NCBI GenBank assembly: GCA_037146775.1
Contig: JBAWWL010000007.1
Location: 1,536 to 65,535 of the forward strand
DNA from: Candidatus Omnitrophota bacterium
GTDB lineage: Bacteria; Omnitrophota; Gorgyraeia; Duberdicusellales; 4484-171
Reading direction: 5' to 3'
DNA: 64,000 nt
Part shown: positions 10,970 through 20,979 of the stretch, in pieces
How positions within the stretch are numbered: the stretch's first letter is position 1
Layout of the letters: each line of letters opens with the position of its first letter
The notes under the pieces: model-generated
What the model saw: the letters and a program-made list of their open reading frames with translations, nothing else
What the model was told of the DNA's origin: nothing
The model's database searches: none
Position numbers and translations under genes: made by a program

Positions 10970-12145
10970 ATGATTAAATGTTTATTCCTTTTGTCACTTA
11001 TGTGTGTGGCGCATCCTTTGTGTTTTTCGGAAGTGATACGGCTTAAAAATGGCAAAACTATAGAAGCGGATATAATTGATAAAACCGGTAGTTGTGTCAA
11101 AGTAAATATTGCCGGAGTGCCTGTAACTTATTATTTGGAAGATATCGCTGAAATCAAAGGATTGGAAAACGCTGCCCCCAAACAAGCAAAAAACACAGTC
11201 ACCTGCAAGGTAAATAAGAAATTTTACTTAAAAGCTTTGAGTGATGTGTATAACTTGAAATTTTGCATGCCGCTGCCCCAGCAGGATTCGTTATATCAAA
11301 AAATAAGCGATATCGTGGTATATCCGGAGAAGAACGCGTTTATCAAGGCTGATTCGGGAGTAGATATACCGATTTTTTATTTTGGGGCACTTAGCGGGGC
11401 CAATACCGCGATCGTCGGGGTCAACTATACGGTTACGTTTGATGTTGAACCGTCTACGATTGATCGTTCTAAAATTGCCGATACCTATTCCAAGCTTGAT
11501 GCGGAATACACACGTTATATAGGCAGCGAAAGTGACATAGATATTGACGACCCTTTAATCAAAGAAAAAATGCACACCATAACCGATTCTTTGGGCAATC
11601 CCTATGATAAAGCCAAAGCATTATATGATTTTATTACATCGTATATTCATTACGATATGAATCTTGCTATGCAGGTTATGAGCGGCGGGTGGTACGAACC
11701 CGCGAAGCCGATGGATACGCTTCAGAGCGGTAAAGGTATTTGTTATGATATCGCTAAACTTTATGTTGCGCTTGCACGATCTGCGGGAATTCCTTCAAGG
11801 GTTGTCCGGGGTGTCGCGTTCCAACCCCAAGAAGGCGTGAATACGTATGTCGTAAAGATAGGCCATGCCTGGGCAGAGATTTATCTGCCGACATATGGCT
11901 GGCAGAAGGTTGATCCTACCTCGGGCATTGCGGAGAAAGACAGGTTTTTTTGTTTTAATGAGATTTCTCATATTGCGGAGGAATACGGGTTGATGAGTGC
12001 GCGAGAGTTTGGTTCTCTTGAAAAAGGGTGGTCACTGCAATTACGTACGAAAAGCCAGGTAGCCAGGATTCCTCTTCAGGTAGCCGAAGAGATCGAAATA
12101 GAGGTTGTCCCAAATTCGCCCTCAAAAGAAGATAAAAAACCATAA
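10970..12145 (+). CDS. Secreted transglutaminase-like protein
   Basis: G-x-C (GICYD), HAWAE, VDPT triad; same LKNG N-terminal domain as the TPR proteins. Confidence 0.88.
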   Translation: MIKCLFLLSLMCVAHPLCFSEVIRLKNGKTIEADIIDKTGSCVKVNIAGVPVTYYLEDIAEIKGLENAAPKQAKNTVTCKVNKKFYLKALSDVYNLKFCMPLPQQDSLYQKISDIVVYPEKNAFIKADSGVDIPIFYFGALSGANTAIVGVNYTVTFDVEPSTIDRSKIADTYSKLDAEYTRYIGSESDIDIDDPLIKEKMHTITDSLGNPYDKAKALYDFITSYIHYDMNLAMQVMSGGWYEPAKPMDTLQSGKGICYDIAKLYVALARSAGIPSRVVRGVAFQPQEGVNTYVVKIGHAWAEIYLPTYGWQKVDPTSGIAEKDRFFCFNEISHIAEEYGLMSAREFGSLEKGWSLQLRTKSQVARIPLQVAEEIEIEVVPNSPSKEDKKP

Positions 12146-12327
12146 CTACCCGTTTTTAGATCATTTTCGTTGCCATTTCATTCTTCCGTGTTTTTCTAGG
12201 TATAAAACATTACAAATAATTTTATCCGAAACGATAGCCCCGTTATTATATGAAAGATCGGTAATTTTTCTTTCCGCATAACGCCGCCTACTCTTATTTA
12301 TTCCTCAAAATCGAGCCGGGAAAATGC

Positions 12328-12356
12328 TTACTATTTTCGAGGGGGGGTGGTATAAT
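12328..12356 (+). promoter_or_regulatory. Extended -10 sigma70-type promoter
   Basis: TTACTA-N17-TATAAT, near-identical context to 9045 copy. Confidence 0.55.
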
Positions 12357-12493
12357 TAAAAAAACATAACACTATGAAGAAAAAACTTTTTTTACTATGT
12401 GTATGGTTTAACTGAATACTTGTCTCTTATGGCATTATTTTTTCTGCCTTTGTTACTGTTTGATTGTGTGAGTTTTAGGCAAAGAGAAGTTGT

Positions 12494-12799
12494 ATGAAAA
12501 AACTAATCTACCTGCTTATAATGACTGTGGTGGTGAACGGCTGCGTGGCTACCACCGCACGAACAAATAAGTTAAGTTTAGGGATGAGCAAAGAGGATGC
12601 GATCAGGGCCATGGGTAATCCTACGTCCGTCAAGGCAAAGGACAGCGAGGAAGTCTTGGAATACATCTTATATCCCACCTGGACTCCGTCAATTTATGAC
12701 AAAAGCCAGCAATTCTGGATAATCTTGCGGGATGGTAAGGTTGTCCAGTACGGTAATGCCGGTGATTTCAATTCCGCCATGCCGGAGGATGGAGAGTAA
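12494..12799 (+). CDS. Small lipoprotein (SmpA/OmlA-like)
   Basis: Lipobox VNGC, LGMSKEDAIRAMGNP motif. Confidence 0.75.
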   Translation: MKKLIYLLIMTVVVNGCVATTARTNKLSLGMSKEDAIRAMGNPTSVKAKDSEEVLEYILYPTWTPSIYDKSQQFWIILRDGKVVQYGNAGDFNSAMPEDGE

Positions 12800-12855
12800 A
12801 AATAAATTTGTGAATGAGAATATTGGAGGGGAAAAGGTAAAAAGGAGGCTTAAAA

Positions 12856-13008
12856 ATGTGGTTAAGTGAGGTATTCATTATAATCATTACTTTTGGGGTA
12901 GTTGGCATCCTTATTGATTTGCACATTAACAGTAAAAAAGCACGAAAGGATATTGATGAAATAAAAGGAACTCTTCAAGAAATAAGCAATAAAATTGTTC
13001 CGAAATAA
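12856..13008 (+). CDS. 50-aa single-pass membrane protein (not in ORF track)
   Basis: AAGGAGG RBS; MWLSEVFIIIITFGVVGILIDLHINSKKARKDIDEIKGTLQEISNKIVPK. Confidence 0.6.
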   Translation: MWLSEVFIIIITFGVVGILIDLHINSKKARKDIDEIKGTLQEISNKIVPK

Positions 13009-13213
13009 GAAGAAATAGAATCCAAAAAACCGCAAAAAGCCAACCTCCAAGAGTCTTCTCTGACATGTATCGGCTGGAGTTTTTGTGGTAGATTTTTCGA
13101 TTGATGATGGTATAATCATTAAAGTCAAAAATTAATGATTCAGTATCAACTTTTAATTTTTATTGCATCTATATATTTTTAATATTTGATATTTAATTTT
13201 TGATATTTCTTCC

Positions 13214-13286
13214 GGGCCATTAGCTCAGTTGGTAGAGCAGGACACTCTTAATGTCAAGGTCGTAGGTTCAAATCCTACATGGCCCA
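13214..13286 (+). tRNA. tRNA-Lys(CTT), CCA not encoded
   Basis: Cloverleaf GGGCCAT/ATGGCCC, loop CT-CTT-AA, GGTTCAAATCC T arm. Confidence 0.95.
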
Positions 13287-13386
13287 TGTTTTTATTCGAG
13301 ATAGGTAGCAAGTAGCGAGCATAGAGTAGCGAGATAAAAAATCAATAAAATAAGTCGTTTTACTTGCTACGCCTTACTTGCTGGCT

Positions 13387-13812
13387 ATGAAAAAGTACGA
13401 ACTGTTAGAACATACTGCTGATGTACGAGTTCGAGTGCACGGTAAAACGCTAGAGTTATTATTTAAGCATGCCGCAATAGCGCTTTTTGACCTTCTTGTA
13501 AACTATAAACCTAAGAGAAAAAAGACACGGGAAATCAGCCTTGAGGCGGAAACGCTGGAAGAACTTTTTGTTAACTGGCTCAACGAACTTATCTCCATAT
13601 TTTATGCCTACAAATTTTTGCCGTCAGATTATAATATTATTATTGTAGACGCCGAACATCGTAAAACCATGCATGCAAGCGTCAAGGGAGAATTCTTTAA
13701 TCCCTATGATAATAAGAAAATAAATCAGGAGATAAAAGCCGCTACCTATCATAATCTTAAGATAGAGAAAGACAAAAAAGGGTACCGCGCGGAAATTATA
13801 TTTGATGTATGA
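13387..13812 (+). CDS. Archease
   Basis: EHTAD N-terminus, IKAATYH, C-terminal IFDV; close to rtcB. Confidence 0.93.
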   Translation: MKKYELLEHTADVRVRVHGKTLELLFKHAAIALFDLLVNYKPKRKKTREISLEAETLEELFVNWLNELISIFYAYKFLPSDYNIIIVDAEHRKTMHASVKGEFFNPYDNKKINQEIKAATYHNLKIEKDKKGYRAEIIFDV

Positions 13813-14104
13813 GTAGGCATGTATCGGTAGTGTCATAAGATTTATGAAAAAATAAAAGCAAAAACTTTGATTTTTAAGGTTAATTTTATTGTAACCAGGG
13901 GCGAAGGAAACTCTAAGCCCTAAATAAACTTAAAATGAACCAAGCCCAAAACGAGATAAATTAAGACAAAAGCCTTGTATTTTTTAATATTTTGAGTTTG
14001 GGGTTTGATATTTTGGATTTGTTTAGGGTTTAGCGTTTCGGGTTTAGAGTTTGAAAAACAGAAGATAGTTTTGGCAGTAGGTATGTATCAAGGAGGAGGT
14101 GGCT

Positions 14105-15508
14105 ATGAAAAAGCTATATATATTTGTGGTAAGCATTTTTCTCTCCTTATCTGTCCATGCGCAGGAGAATGTCGAGTTAACGGTTTATAACCAGAATTTC
14201 GCGCTCGTCAAGGACCAGAGAACCTTTGAATTCAATAAGGGCGCGAATAAGATCGAATTTAGAGATGTTGCTTCGTTGATTGAGCCAACCTCGGTGCATT
14301 TTGTTTCGCTTACCGCGCCCGAATCCTGTTTCATCTTAGAGCAGAATTATGAATACGATTTAATGAGTTCGGACAAATTACTTTCCAAATATATCGATCA
14401 ACCGATCAAAGTGATTACAAAAGACGAAAAGAACTATGATGGCATACTCGCTAGTTATGACGCGATTAACTTAGTTTTGAATAATGGCGGGGCATTGAGC
14501 ATGATCACAAGAGCCGATAACGTTAAGCAGATAAGTTTTGAAAAAATCCCCGAAGGCCTCATTACTAAACCGACTTTAGTCTGGGAGATTGACAGCAAAA
14601 AGGAAGGAAAACATTTAACCGAAGTATCATATTTGACCGGCGGCGTTAACTGGAATTGTGAATATGTCGCGGTTTTGGACAAGAACGATAAAAACATTTC
14701 TCTTGATGGCTGGGTCAGCGTTGACAATAGAAGCGGCGCAAGCTACAAAAATGCGAAATTAAAGCTTATCGCCGGCGATGTCAAAAGGGTGGCCAATGCT
14801 TCCATGGAAAGGGCAGGTATGATGAAAGCATCGTATGCGTTAGCCGAAAAGGCTGTTCCACAGTTTGAGGAAAAAGCATTCTTTGAGTACCATATGTATA
14901 CATTGCAGCGTAAGGCTACTTTAAAGAATAATCAGACTAAACAGATATCGCTCCTTTCCGCCGCCAATATTCCGATTAAGAAGTTATTTGTTTATGATCC
15001 GGTAGATTATTATGGGTGGAATTGGTATTATTACGATACCCGTCCGGACAATAAAGAGCAGAAAATAAAGGTAAAATTGGAATTGGTGAACAGCAAACAG
15101 AATAATCTTGGGATTCCTTTGCCGAAAGGCAAAGTCAAAGTTTATAAAAAAGATACCGATGAAAGTTTGCAATTTGCCGGAGAAGATCAGATTGACCATA
15201 CGCCAAAAGATGAGACTGTCAGGCTTTATATCGGCGATGCCTTTGACGTGGTGGGTGAACGCAAACAGACCAGCTATCGCACCGGCCATGACTGGGCGGA
15301 AGAAAGCTTTGAGGTTTCATTACGAAATCATAAAGACAGTAATATTGAAGTAATGGTGGTAGAGCATCTTTACCGCTATGCGAACTGGAAAATTATTGAG
15401 AAATCCCACGAGTTTAACAAGAAAAATTCTAATACCGTAGATTTTAAGGTTCCGGTTTCTTCTAATGGTGAAACAAAGGTAACGTATACAGTGAGATATT
15501 GGTGGTAG
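14105..15508 (+). CDS. DUF4139-domain secreted protein
   Basis: LTVYNQNFALVKD, LEQNYEYDL, SYLTGG, GEDQIDHTP motifs; strong RBS. Confidence 0.85.
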   Translation: MKKLYIFVVSIFLSLSVHAQENVELTVYNQNFALVKDQRTFEFNKGANKIEFRDVASLIEPTSVHFVSLTAPESCFILEQNYEYDLMSSDKLLSKYIDQPIKVITKDEKNYDGILASYDAINLVLNNGGALSMITRADNVKQISFEKIPEGLITKPTLVWEIDSKKEGKHLTEVSYLTGGVNWNCEYVAVLDKNDKNISLDGWVSVDNRSGASYKNAKLKLIAGDVKRVANASMERAGMMKASYALAEKAVPQFEEKAFFEYHMYTLQRKATLKNNQTKQISLLSAANIPIKKLFVYDPVDYYGWNWYYYDTRPDNKEQKIKVKLELVNSKQNNLGIPLPKGKVKVYKKDTDESLQFAGEDQIDHTPKDETVRLYIGDAFDVVGERKQTSYRTGHDWAEESFEVSLRNHKDSNIEVMVVEHLYRYANWKIIEKSHEFNKKNSNTVDFKVPVSSNGETKVTYTVRYWW

Positions 15509-15640
15509 GTTTTGCGTTATTAGGTTGATAGGTTATTATGTTGCTATGTGGATAGGTGGATAAGCTAGGTTTTCAAATGTAAACGTCGAACATTGAACAT
15601 CGGACGTTGAGCATTGAACTCTGAACGTTGAACATATCAT

Positions 15641-18613
15641 ATGTGGCAGGGTGAGTTAGAAAAAATCAACGACTATAAATTCAGGATTCCCAGAAGCTAT
15701 AAACCGGGAATGCGCGTGGACGGTATTATTTACGCGAACGAAAAGCTTTTGGTTGATATTAAACGCGATAAAGCGCCGGAGCAGGTGGCAAACGTTGCGT
15801 TTTTACCCGGTATAGTCAAATATTCCTTGGCAATGCCTGATATCCATTGGGGTTACGGTTTTTGTTTAACAAGGGACGCCAAAATATTAACTAATTTTGG
15901 TTTCTATAAAACAATCTGTGATTTTGAAAAAGATTGGTCTACGTGTTATCTCAAGAGCATGGATTTAAATTCGCAGAAACCAACAGAGACCCCCATTCTA
16001 AAATTTATAAAGTTAAAACCAAAAACATTATTTAAAGTAACTACTAAGACAGGTTATGAAATCAAAGCTACAGGAGATCATCCATTCCTGACGCCTTTCG
16101 GTATGAAGCCGATACAGCAATTGACCGCTCAAGATAAAGTAGCACTTTTTCCTTTTCGGGGAATTCAGTACGAACATGCTTCTACCAAAACCATCATTAC
16201 GGAGAAAGATGTTAAAAAAACTTTATTAAGATTGGCAAGGCGGCCAAATACTCCAAAATTCGAAATAATATTAGAGAAAATAAGAATGCGTAAACTTATA
16301 CCATTAACTTATGATCACCCAAGTTTGCCTTATATTTTAAAAATAATGGGTTTTATTTTCGGCGACGGTTCAATGAATTTCATCGGGAAAAAAGGAGATG
16401 GCATAATACATTTTTCGGGCAAGCCCGAAGATTTAGAGAACGTAAGAAAGGATATAGAAAAAATTGGCTATACGCCAAGTCCTATTCATTATCAGAAGTC
16501 AAAACTTGCTATCACTGGTAAAAATTATGATTCCTATTCGTTTGTGGTTAATGCATCTAGTTTGGTGGTTCTTTTGGAGACGTTAGGGGTTCCGCGCGGT
16601 ACGAAGGTGACTCAGTCATATAGGGTCCCCGAATGGATTTTGAAATCACCACTTTGGCAGAAACGTTTATTTTTAGCCTCTCTTTTTGGGTGTGAATTAA
16701 GAATGCCTCATAGACGATTGGGGAGGAGAGGCTATTTTAACGCCCCTGTTTTTCCTATGGCAAAAAGCGAAGAACTCATAAAGAATGGAAAAGAATTTTT
16801 AAATGATCTTGAGCGGCTTTTGAAAGAATTTGGAGTAAGAACAATCGGCATCAACATGAGAAGAAGGCATATTAGTAGAAGGGGGATAGTCACAAGGTCG
16901 TTGGAATTGTTAATTTCTCCGTCGCCGGAAAATCTTTTTAATCTATGGGGCAAGATTGGTTTTGAATATAATCTTAAAAGGTCTTTTGTATCAAATGTGG
17001 CGGTGCATTACCTAAAGTTGAAATTGAGGATATTGAAAGAGAAAGAAGAAGCAGTAAAAATAACTATCCCTAAATTGCTAAAAAATGGGTTAAGTTACCA
17101 AAAGATCGCTCTTCAATTGGCAGGAAATTCTCTAACCAAGAGGTTTATCATAGATATTTGTTGGAAGCTTAATAAAGGTAAAGTGGTTGTGCCGCGAATC
17201 CCTGCGAGTTTTCCTTTTTTTGAGAATCATCTCAGAGAAATTAGGAAAGGGCTTGGTGATAGTGGAATGCTTTGGGACGAAATTAAGACAATAGAAAGTA
17301 TTCCTTCCCAAGATTTTGTCTATGATTTTACCGTATCCCATCCGGATCATAATTTTATCGCAAATAATTTTGTTGTTTCGAACTGCATAGGTGGAGTTGC
17401 GGCAACCGATCCGCAAGATGGCGGCGTAATTTCTCCCGGAGGCGTGGGGTACGATATCAACTGTGGGGTGCGTCTGCTTAGAACCAATCTAAGCGTTGAA
17501 GATCTTAAAACTAAAGTAAATAAAATTGTAGATACTTTGTATAATGATATTCCTTCCGGCGTGGGCTCGACCGGTGAAATTAAGGTTTCTCATCAGGAAG
17601 AGAGGAAGTTACTTCTCGAAGGCGCAAGGTGGGCGGTTTTGCGTGGCTTAGGAGTCAAAGATGACCTGGAGTACTGTGAAGAATACGGAGCAATCGAGGG
17701 TGCGGATCCTGACAGTGTTTCTCGTCGGGCTTACGAGCGAGGCAAGGAGCAGGCCGGGACCTTAGGCAGTGGCAACCATTTTATCGAAGTGCAGGTTATT
17801 GAGGATATATACGATAAAGATGTAGCCCAGGTACTCGGATTAGACATCGGTCAGGTTACGGTGATGATCCATTCTGGTTCGCGCGGGTTGGGCTATCAGG
17901 TCTGTGACGATTATGCCCGGGAAATGATTGGATGTTTATCGAAATATTCTATAAATGTTCCTGATCCCCAATTGGCTTGCGCGCCCGTTAATAGTCCTGA
18001 AGCGAAAAATTATATCGGTGCAATGCGGGCTGCGGCAAATTATGCCTGGGCAAACAGGCAAGTGCTGATGCATTTAACCAGAGAAAGTTTTGGGCGAGTA
18101 TTTTCCAAGAGTTGGCAATCTTTGGGGATGGATTTGATCTATGATGTTGCGCATAATATCGCGAAATTTGAAAAACATATAGTAGATGGTAAAGAAAAGA
18201 TGCTTTGTATCCATCGTAAGGGCGCTACTCGTGCGTTCGGGCCGCAGCATCCGGAACTACCTGCACGATATAAAGCTATCGGCCAGCCGGTTATTATTCC
18301 CGGAGACATGGGCAGGGCATCGTATCTTTTGGTGGGGACCAAAAAAGCCGAAGAGGAAACATTTGCCAGTACTTGTCATGGTGCCGGTAGAGTTGCTTCG
18401 CGGCACCAAGCGTTGAAGACCATCGATTTAAATGATTTATTGCATGAGTTAAAAGCTAAGGGAATAGAGGTTAGGGCAACTAGTAAAAAAACCATTGTCG
18501 AAGAGGCTCCTGCGGTGTATAAGAATGTAGATGACGTGGTGGAGATAGTGCACAAGACAGGCCTGGCAAAGAAAGTCTGCAGGATGCGGCCGGTTTGTGT
18601 GGTGAAAGGCTAA
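15641..18613 (+). CDS. rtcB: RNA ligase RtcB containing an intein (mature about 483 aa)
   Basis: MPDIHWGYGF, GYDINCG, GTLGSGNHF, HSGSRG, HRKGAT, CHGAGR motifs. Confidence 0.96.
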   Translation: MWQGELEKINDYKFRIPRSYKPGMRVDGIIYANEKLLVDIKRDKAPEQVANVAFLPGIVKYSLAMPDIHWGYGFCLTRDAKILTNFGFYKTICDFEKDWSTCYLKSMDLNSQKPTETPILKFIKLKPKTLFKVTTKTGYEIKATGDHPFLTPFGMKPIQQLTAQDKVALFPFRGIQYEHASTKTIITEKDVKKTLLRLARRPNTPKFEIILEKIRMRKLIPLTYDHPSLPYILKIMGFIFGDGSMNFIGKKGDGIIHFSGKPEDLENVRKDIEKIGYTPSPIHYQKSKLAITGKNYDSYSFVVNASSLVVLLETLGVPRGTKVTQSYRVPEWILKSPLWQKRLFLASLFGCELRMPHRRLGRRGYFNAPVFPMAKSEELIKNGKEFLNDLERLLKEFGVRTIGINMRRRHISRRGIVTRSLELLISPSPENLFNLWGKIGFEYNLKRSFVSNVAVHYLKLKLRILKEKEEAVKITIPKLLKNGLSYQKIALQLAGNSLTKRFIIDICWKLNKGKVVVPRIPASFPFFENHLREIRKGLGDSGMLWDEIKTIESIPSQDFVYDFTVSHPDHNFIANNFVVSNCIGGVAATDPQDGGVISPGGVGYDINCGVRLLRTNLSVEDLKTKVNKIVDTLYNDIPSGVGSTGEIKVSHQEERKLLLEGARWAVLRGLGVKDDLEYCEEYGAIEGADPDSVSRRAYERGKEQAGTLGSGNHFIEVQVIEDIYDKDVAQVLGLDIGQVTVMIHSGSRGLGYQVCDDYAREMIGCLSKYSINVPDPQLACAPVNSPEAKNYIGAMRAAANYAWANRQVLMHLTRESFGRVFSKSWQSLGMDLIYDVAHNIAKFEKHIVDGKEKMLCIHRKGATRAFGPQHPELPARYKAIGQPVIIPGDMGRASYLLVGTKKAEEETFASTCHGAGRVASRHQALKTIDLNDLLHELKAKGIEVRATSKKTIVEEAPAVYKNVDDVVEIVHKTGLAKKVCRMRPVCVVKG
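15863..17383 (+). mobile_element. 507-aa intein with LAGLIDADG homing endonuclease domain
   Basis: Starts CLTRDA, block B ATGDHPF, GFIFGDGS, ends VYDFTV..HNFIANNFVVSN followed by Cys+1. Confidence 0.95.
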
Positions 18614-18684
18614 CGGTGAACAGGTTGATATGTCGTTAGGTTGTTATGTTGATAGGTTAAAACAATAGGTGGGGAAGGAGAATA

Positions 18685-19956
18685 ATGTTAGACCCGAAAT
18701 TTATAAGAGAAAATCAGGAAGCGGTGAGGCAGGCGTTAAAGAACCGCAACGATAAGTTTGATCTCGATAGTTTTCTGAAGCTTGACGAAGAACGCAGAAA
18801 AATAATGCACGAGATAGAGCAGCTATATGCCGCGCAGAATAAAATTGACGCTGACATGAAAGTATTGCTTAAAGAGAAAAAAGATCCGTCAACAAAAATT
18901 GCGGAAGCAAAGGAGATTAAAAAGCATACCGCGGAAATAGAGAAATCTTTAGCGGCCATTGAGGCACAATTTAAAGACCAGCTGTTGCGCATACCTAACG
19001 TGCCGCATCCGTCAATTCCTCTGGGGCATCCTTCGAATAATAAAATTGTCAAAGAGTGGTCGAGCCCGAAGCAATTTGATTTTAAACCGCTCGATCATAT
19101 CGCAATAGCGGAGCGTCTCGATATCATTGATTTTAAACGTGCCACTAAAATAAGCGGCTCCAACTTTATTCTTTTTAAAGGTATGGGGGCGTTGTTGGAG
19201 CGCGCATTGATTAATTTTATGCTTGATATACACACTACCCAGCATGGTTACAAAGAAATCTGTCCGCCGGTTTTAGTGAATCGAGATTCAATGCGTGCAA
19301 CCGGACAGCTTCCTAAGCTTGAAGAGGATATGTACCGTTTACCGGAAGATGATTTATTCATGATTCCAACCGCGGAGGTGCCGGTAACCAACATACATCG
19401 CGACGAAATATTATTGGAAGAGCAATTGCCCATTTACTATACCGCCTACACGCCTTGTTTCCGTCGCGAGGCAGGTTCGTACGGAAAAGATACCCGTGGT
19501 TTAGTACGGGTACATCAGTTTGATAAGGTTGAGCTGGTGAAGTTCGTAAAGCCGGAGTGTTCTTATGACGAGCTGGAAGCTCTTCTTGGAAATGCGTGCA
19601 AGATTCTTGAGCTTCTGGATATTCCTTATCGCATACTTATGCTGGCTACCGGAGATATTAGTTTTGCCGCGGCCAAATGCTATGACATCGAAATTCATGC
19701 TCCGGGTATAGATAAGTGGCTCGAAGTTTCCAGCTGCTCAAATTTTGAAGATTTTCAGGCTCGGCGCGGCAATATCCGATATCGGGAAAAAGCAACGGGT
19801 AAAATGCGTTTTGTCCACACACTGAACGGTTCCGGCGTTGCCTTGGCCAGGCTTGTTGTCGCCATAATAGAAAATTATCAAAATAAAGACGGTTCCATTA
19901 CCATTCCTGCGAAGCTACGAGAATATATGGGAAACAAAGAAGTAATTGCTGTCTAA
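18685..19956 (+). CDS. serS: Seryl-tRNA synthetase
   Basis: PTAEVP, FRREAGSYG, RVHQFDKVE, HTLNGSG. Confidence 0.98.
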   Translation: MLDPKFIRENQEAVRQALKNRNDKFDLDSFLKLDEERRKIMHEIEQLYAAQNKIDADMKVLLKEKKDPSTKIAEAKEIKKHTAEIEKSLAAIEAQFKDQLLRIPNVPHPSIPLGHPSNNKIVKEWSSPKQFDFKPLDHIAIAERLDIIDFKRATKISGSNFILFKGMGALLERALINFMLDIHTTQHGYKEICPPVLVNRDSMRATGQLPKLEEDMYRLPEDDLFMIPTAEVPVTNIHRDEILLEEQLPIYYTAYTPCFRREAGSYGKDTRGLVRVHQFDKVELVKFVKPECSYDELEALLGNACKILELLDIPYRILMLATGDISFAAAKCYDIEIHAPGIDKWLEVSSCSNFEDFQARRGNIRYREKATGKMRFVHTLNGSGVALARLVVAIIENYQNKDGSITIPAKLREYMGNKEVIAV

Positions 19957-20002
19957 TATTTGATATTTTATATTTAATTTAATGAGGAGAGGGGAGGATA
20001 CG

Positions 20003-20590
20003 ATGGACGAAAAAGGCGCAAAACACAATTATTTTTTTACGTTAATAAAATTTTTCCTGTTTTTAATTATTTTCTGTTTTCTAGTCTCGATAAGTAAGGA
20101 GTTTTTCCGGCATGTGAGGGCGGTAAAGGCGCTTAATATCGATATTCTTTATCTGGCGGTACTTTCTGCTTTCGCTTTTTACGCTTTTGTCGCTGACTTG
20201 AATGATTTTTATAAAAAAATACAGAATTTTTTCTTCCACTCTTCTTTCTTGTCATACCTGGTCCCCTCTTTTCTTGTTTTGGTTGGATTGGGGTATTTTA
20301 TTCTGCCCAGAGTTTTTAACTTAGATATCGATAAAGAAATTTTTGTCTATGTGGGCGGTTTTATTTTCACTTCCCATCTTATTTTTATCGCGCGCGAAAA
20401 CAAAGGTGACACCTTTGCAGCTTTCATACACTATTTATTCAACTTCAGTATTCTTTATATTGTAAACCTTATTTTACTTGGACTATATTTAACATCGGCA
20501 TTCAAAATCAACTTGGGCAAAATCGTCGTTGATGGTCTTTCCGGGGGAGCCCTTTTAATTAAAAATCTTTTTACACAAGTTTTACATTGA
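20003..20590 (+). CDS. Integral membrane protein
   Basis: About five hydrophobic segments; GGAGG RBS before ATG 20003. Confidence 0.75.
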   Translation: MDEKGAKHNYFFTLIKFFLFLIIFCFLVSISKEFFRHVRAVKALNIDILYLAVLSAFAFYAFVADLNDFYKKIQNFFFHSSFLSYLVPSFLVLVGLGYFILPRVFNLDIDKEIFVYVGGFIFTSHLIFIARENKGDTFAAFIHYLFNFSILYIVNLILLGLYLTSAFKINLGKIVVDGLSGGALLIKNLFTQVLH

Positions 20591-20919
20591 TGGTTATGTT
20601 GGCTGAATTTCGTGAGTTTGTGGGTAGTAAAGTGTATAAGCAAAAAATAACTGGTTGCATACTAGTGTTATCATTTCTTTCTTTTCTTGTCTTTGCCGCA
20701 GATATTCCTCAGGAGCTGCAAAAGCTTGGTTTCACCGAAAAGAATCTTGTGAGCTACAATAAAGAAGGCTCGGAAGAATTCTTTACCTTCTCTGATCCGG
20801 AAACCATGGGCAAAGGAGACACCGTTACCTTTATCCTTGCGGATGGGAAGGTTGATCAGGTTGTCCGGGGCGAAGAAATAAAATCACTTCAATACAGTAC
20901 TTCCACTCAAAGTAAATAA
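20587..20919 (+). CDS. Hypothetical exported protein (start uncertain)
   Basis: Signal-like hydrophobic stretch then polar domain. Confidence 0.6.
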   Translation: MMVMLAEFREFVGSKVYKQKITGCILVLSFLSFLVFAADIPQELQKLGFTEKNLVSYNKEGSEEFFTFSDPETMGKGDTVTFILADGKVDQVVRGEEIKSLQYSTSTQSK

Positions 20920-20979
20920 ATGGCTGCGGTTTTAAGGATGCGAGCTACTTGTTAATTCTACGGAGAAGGTTTAGGCCTC

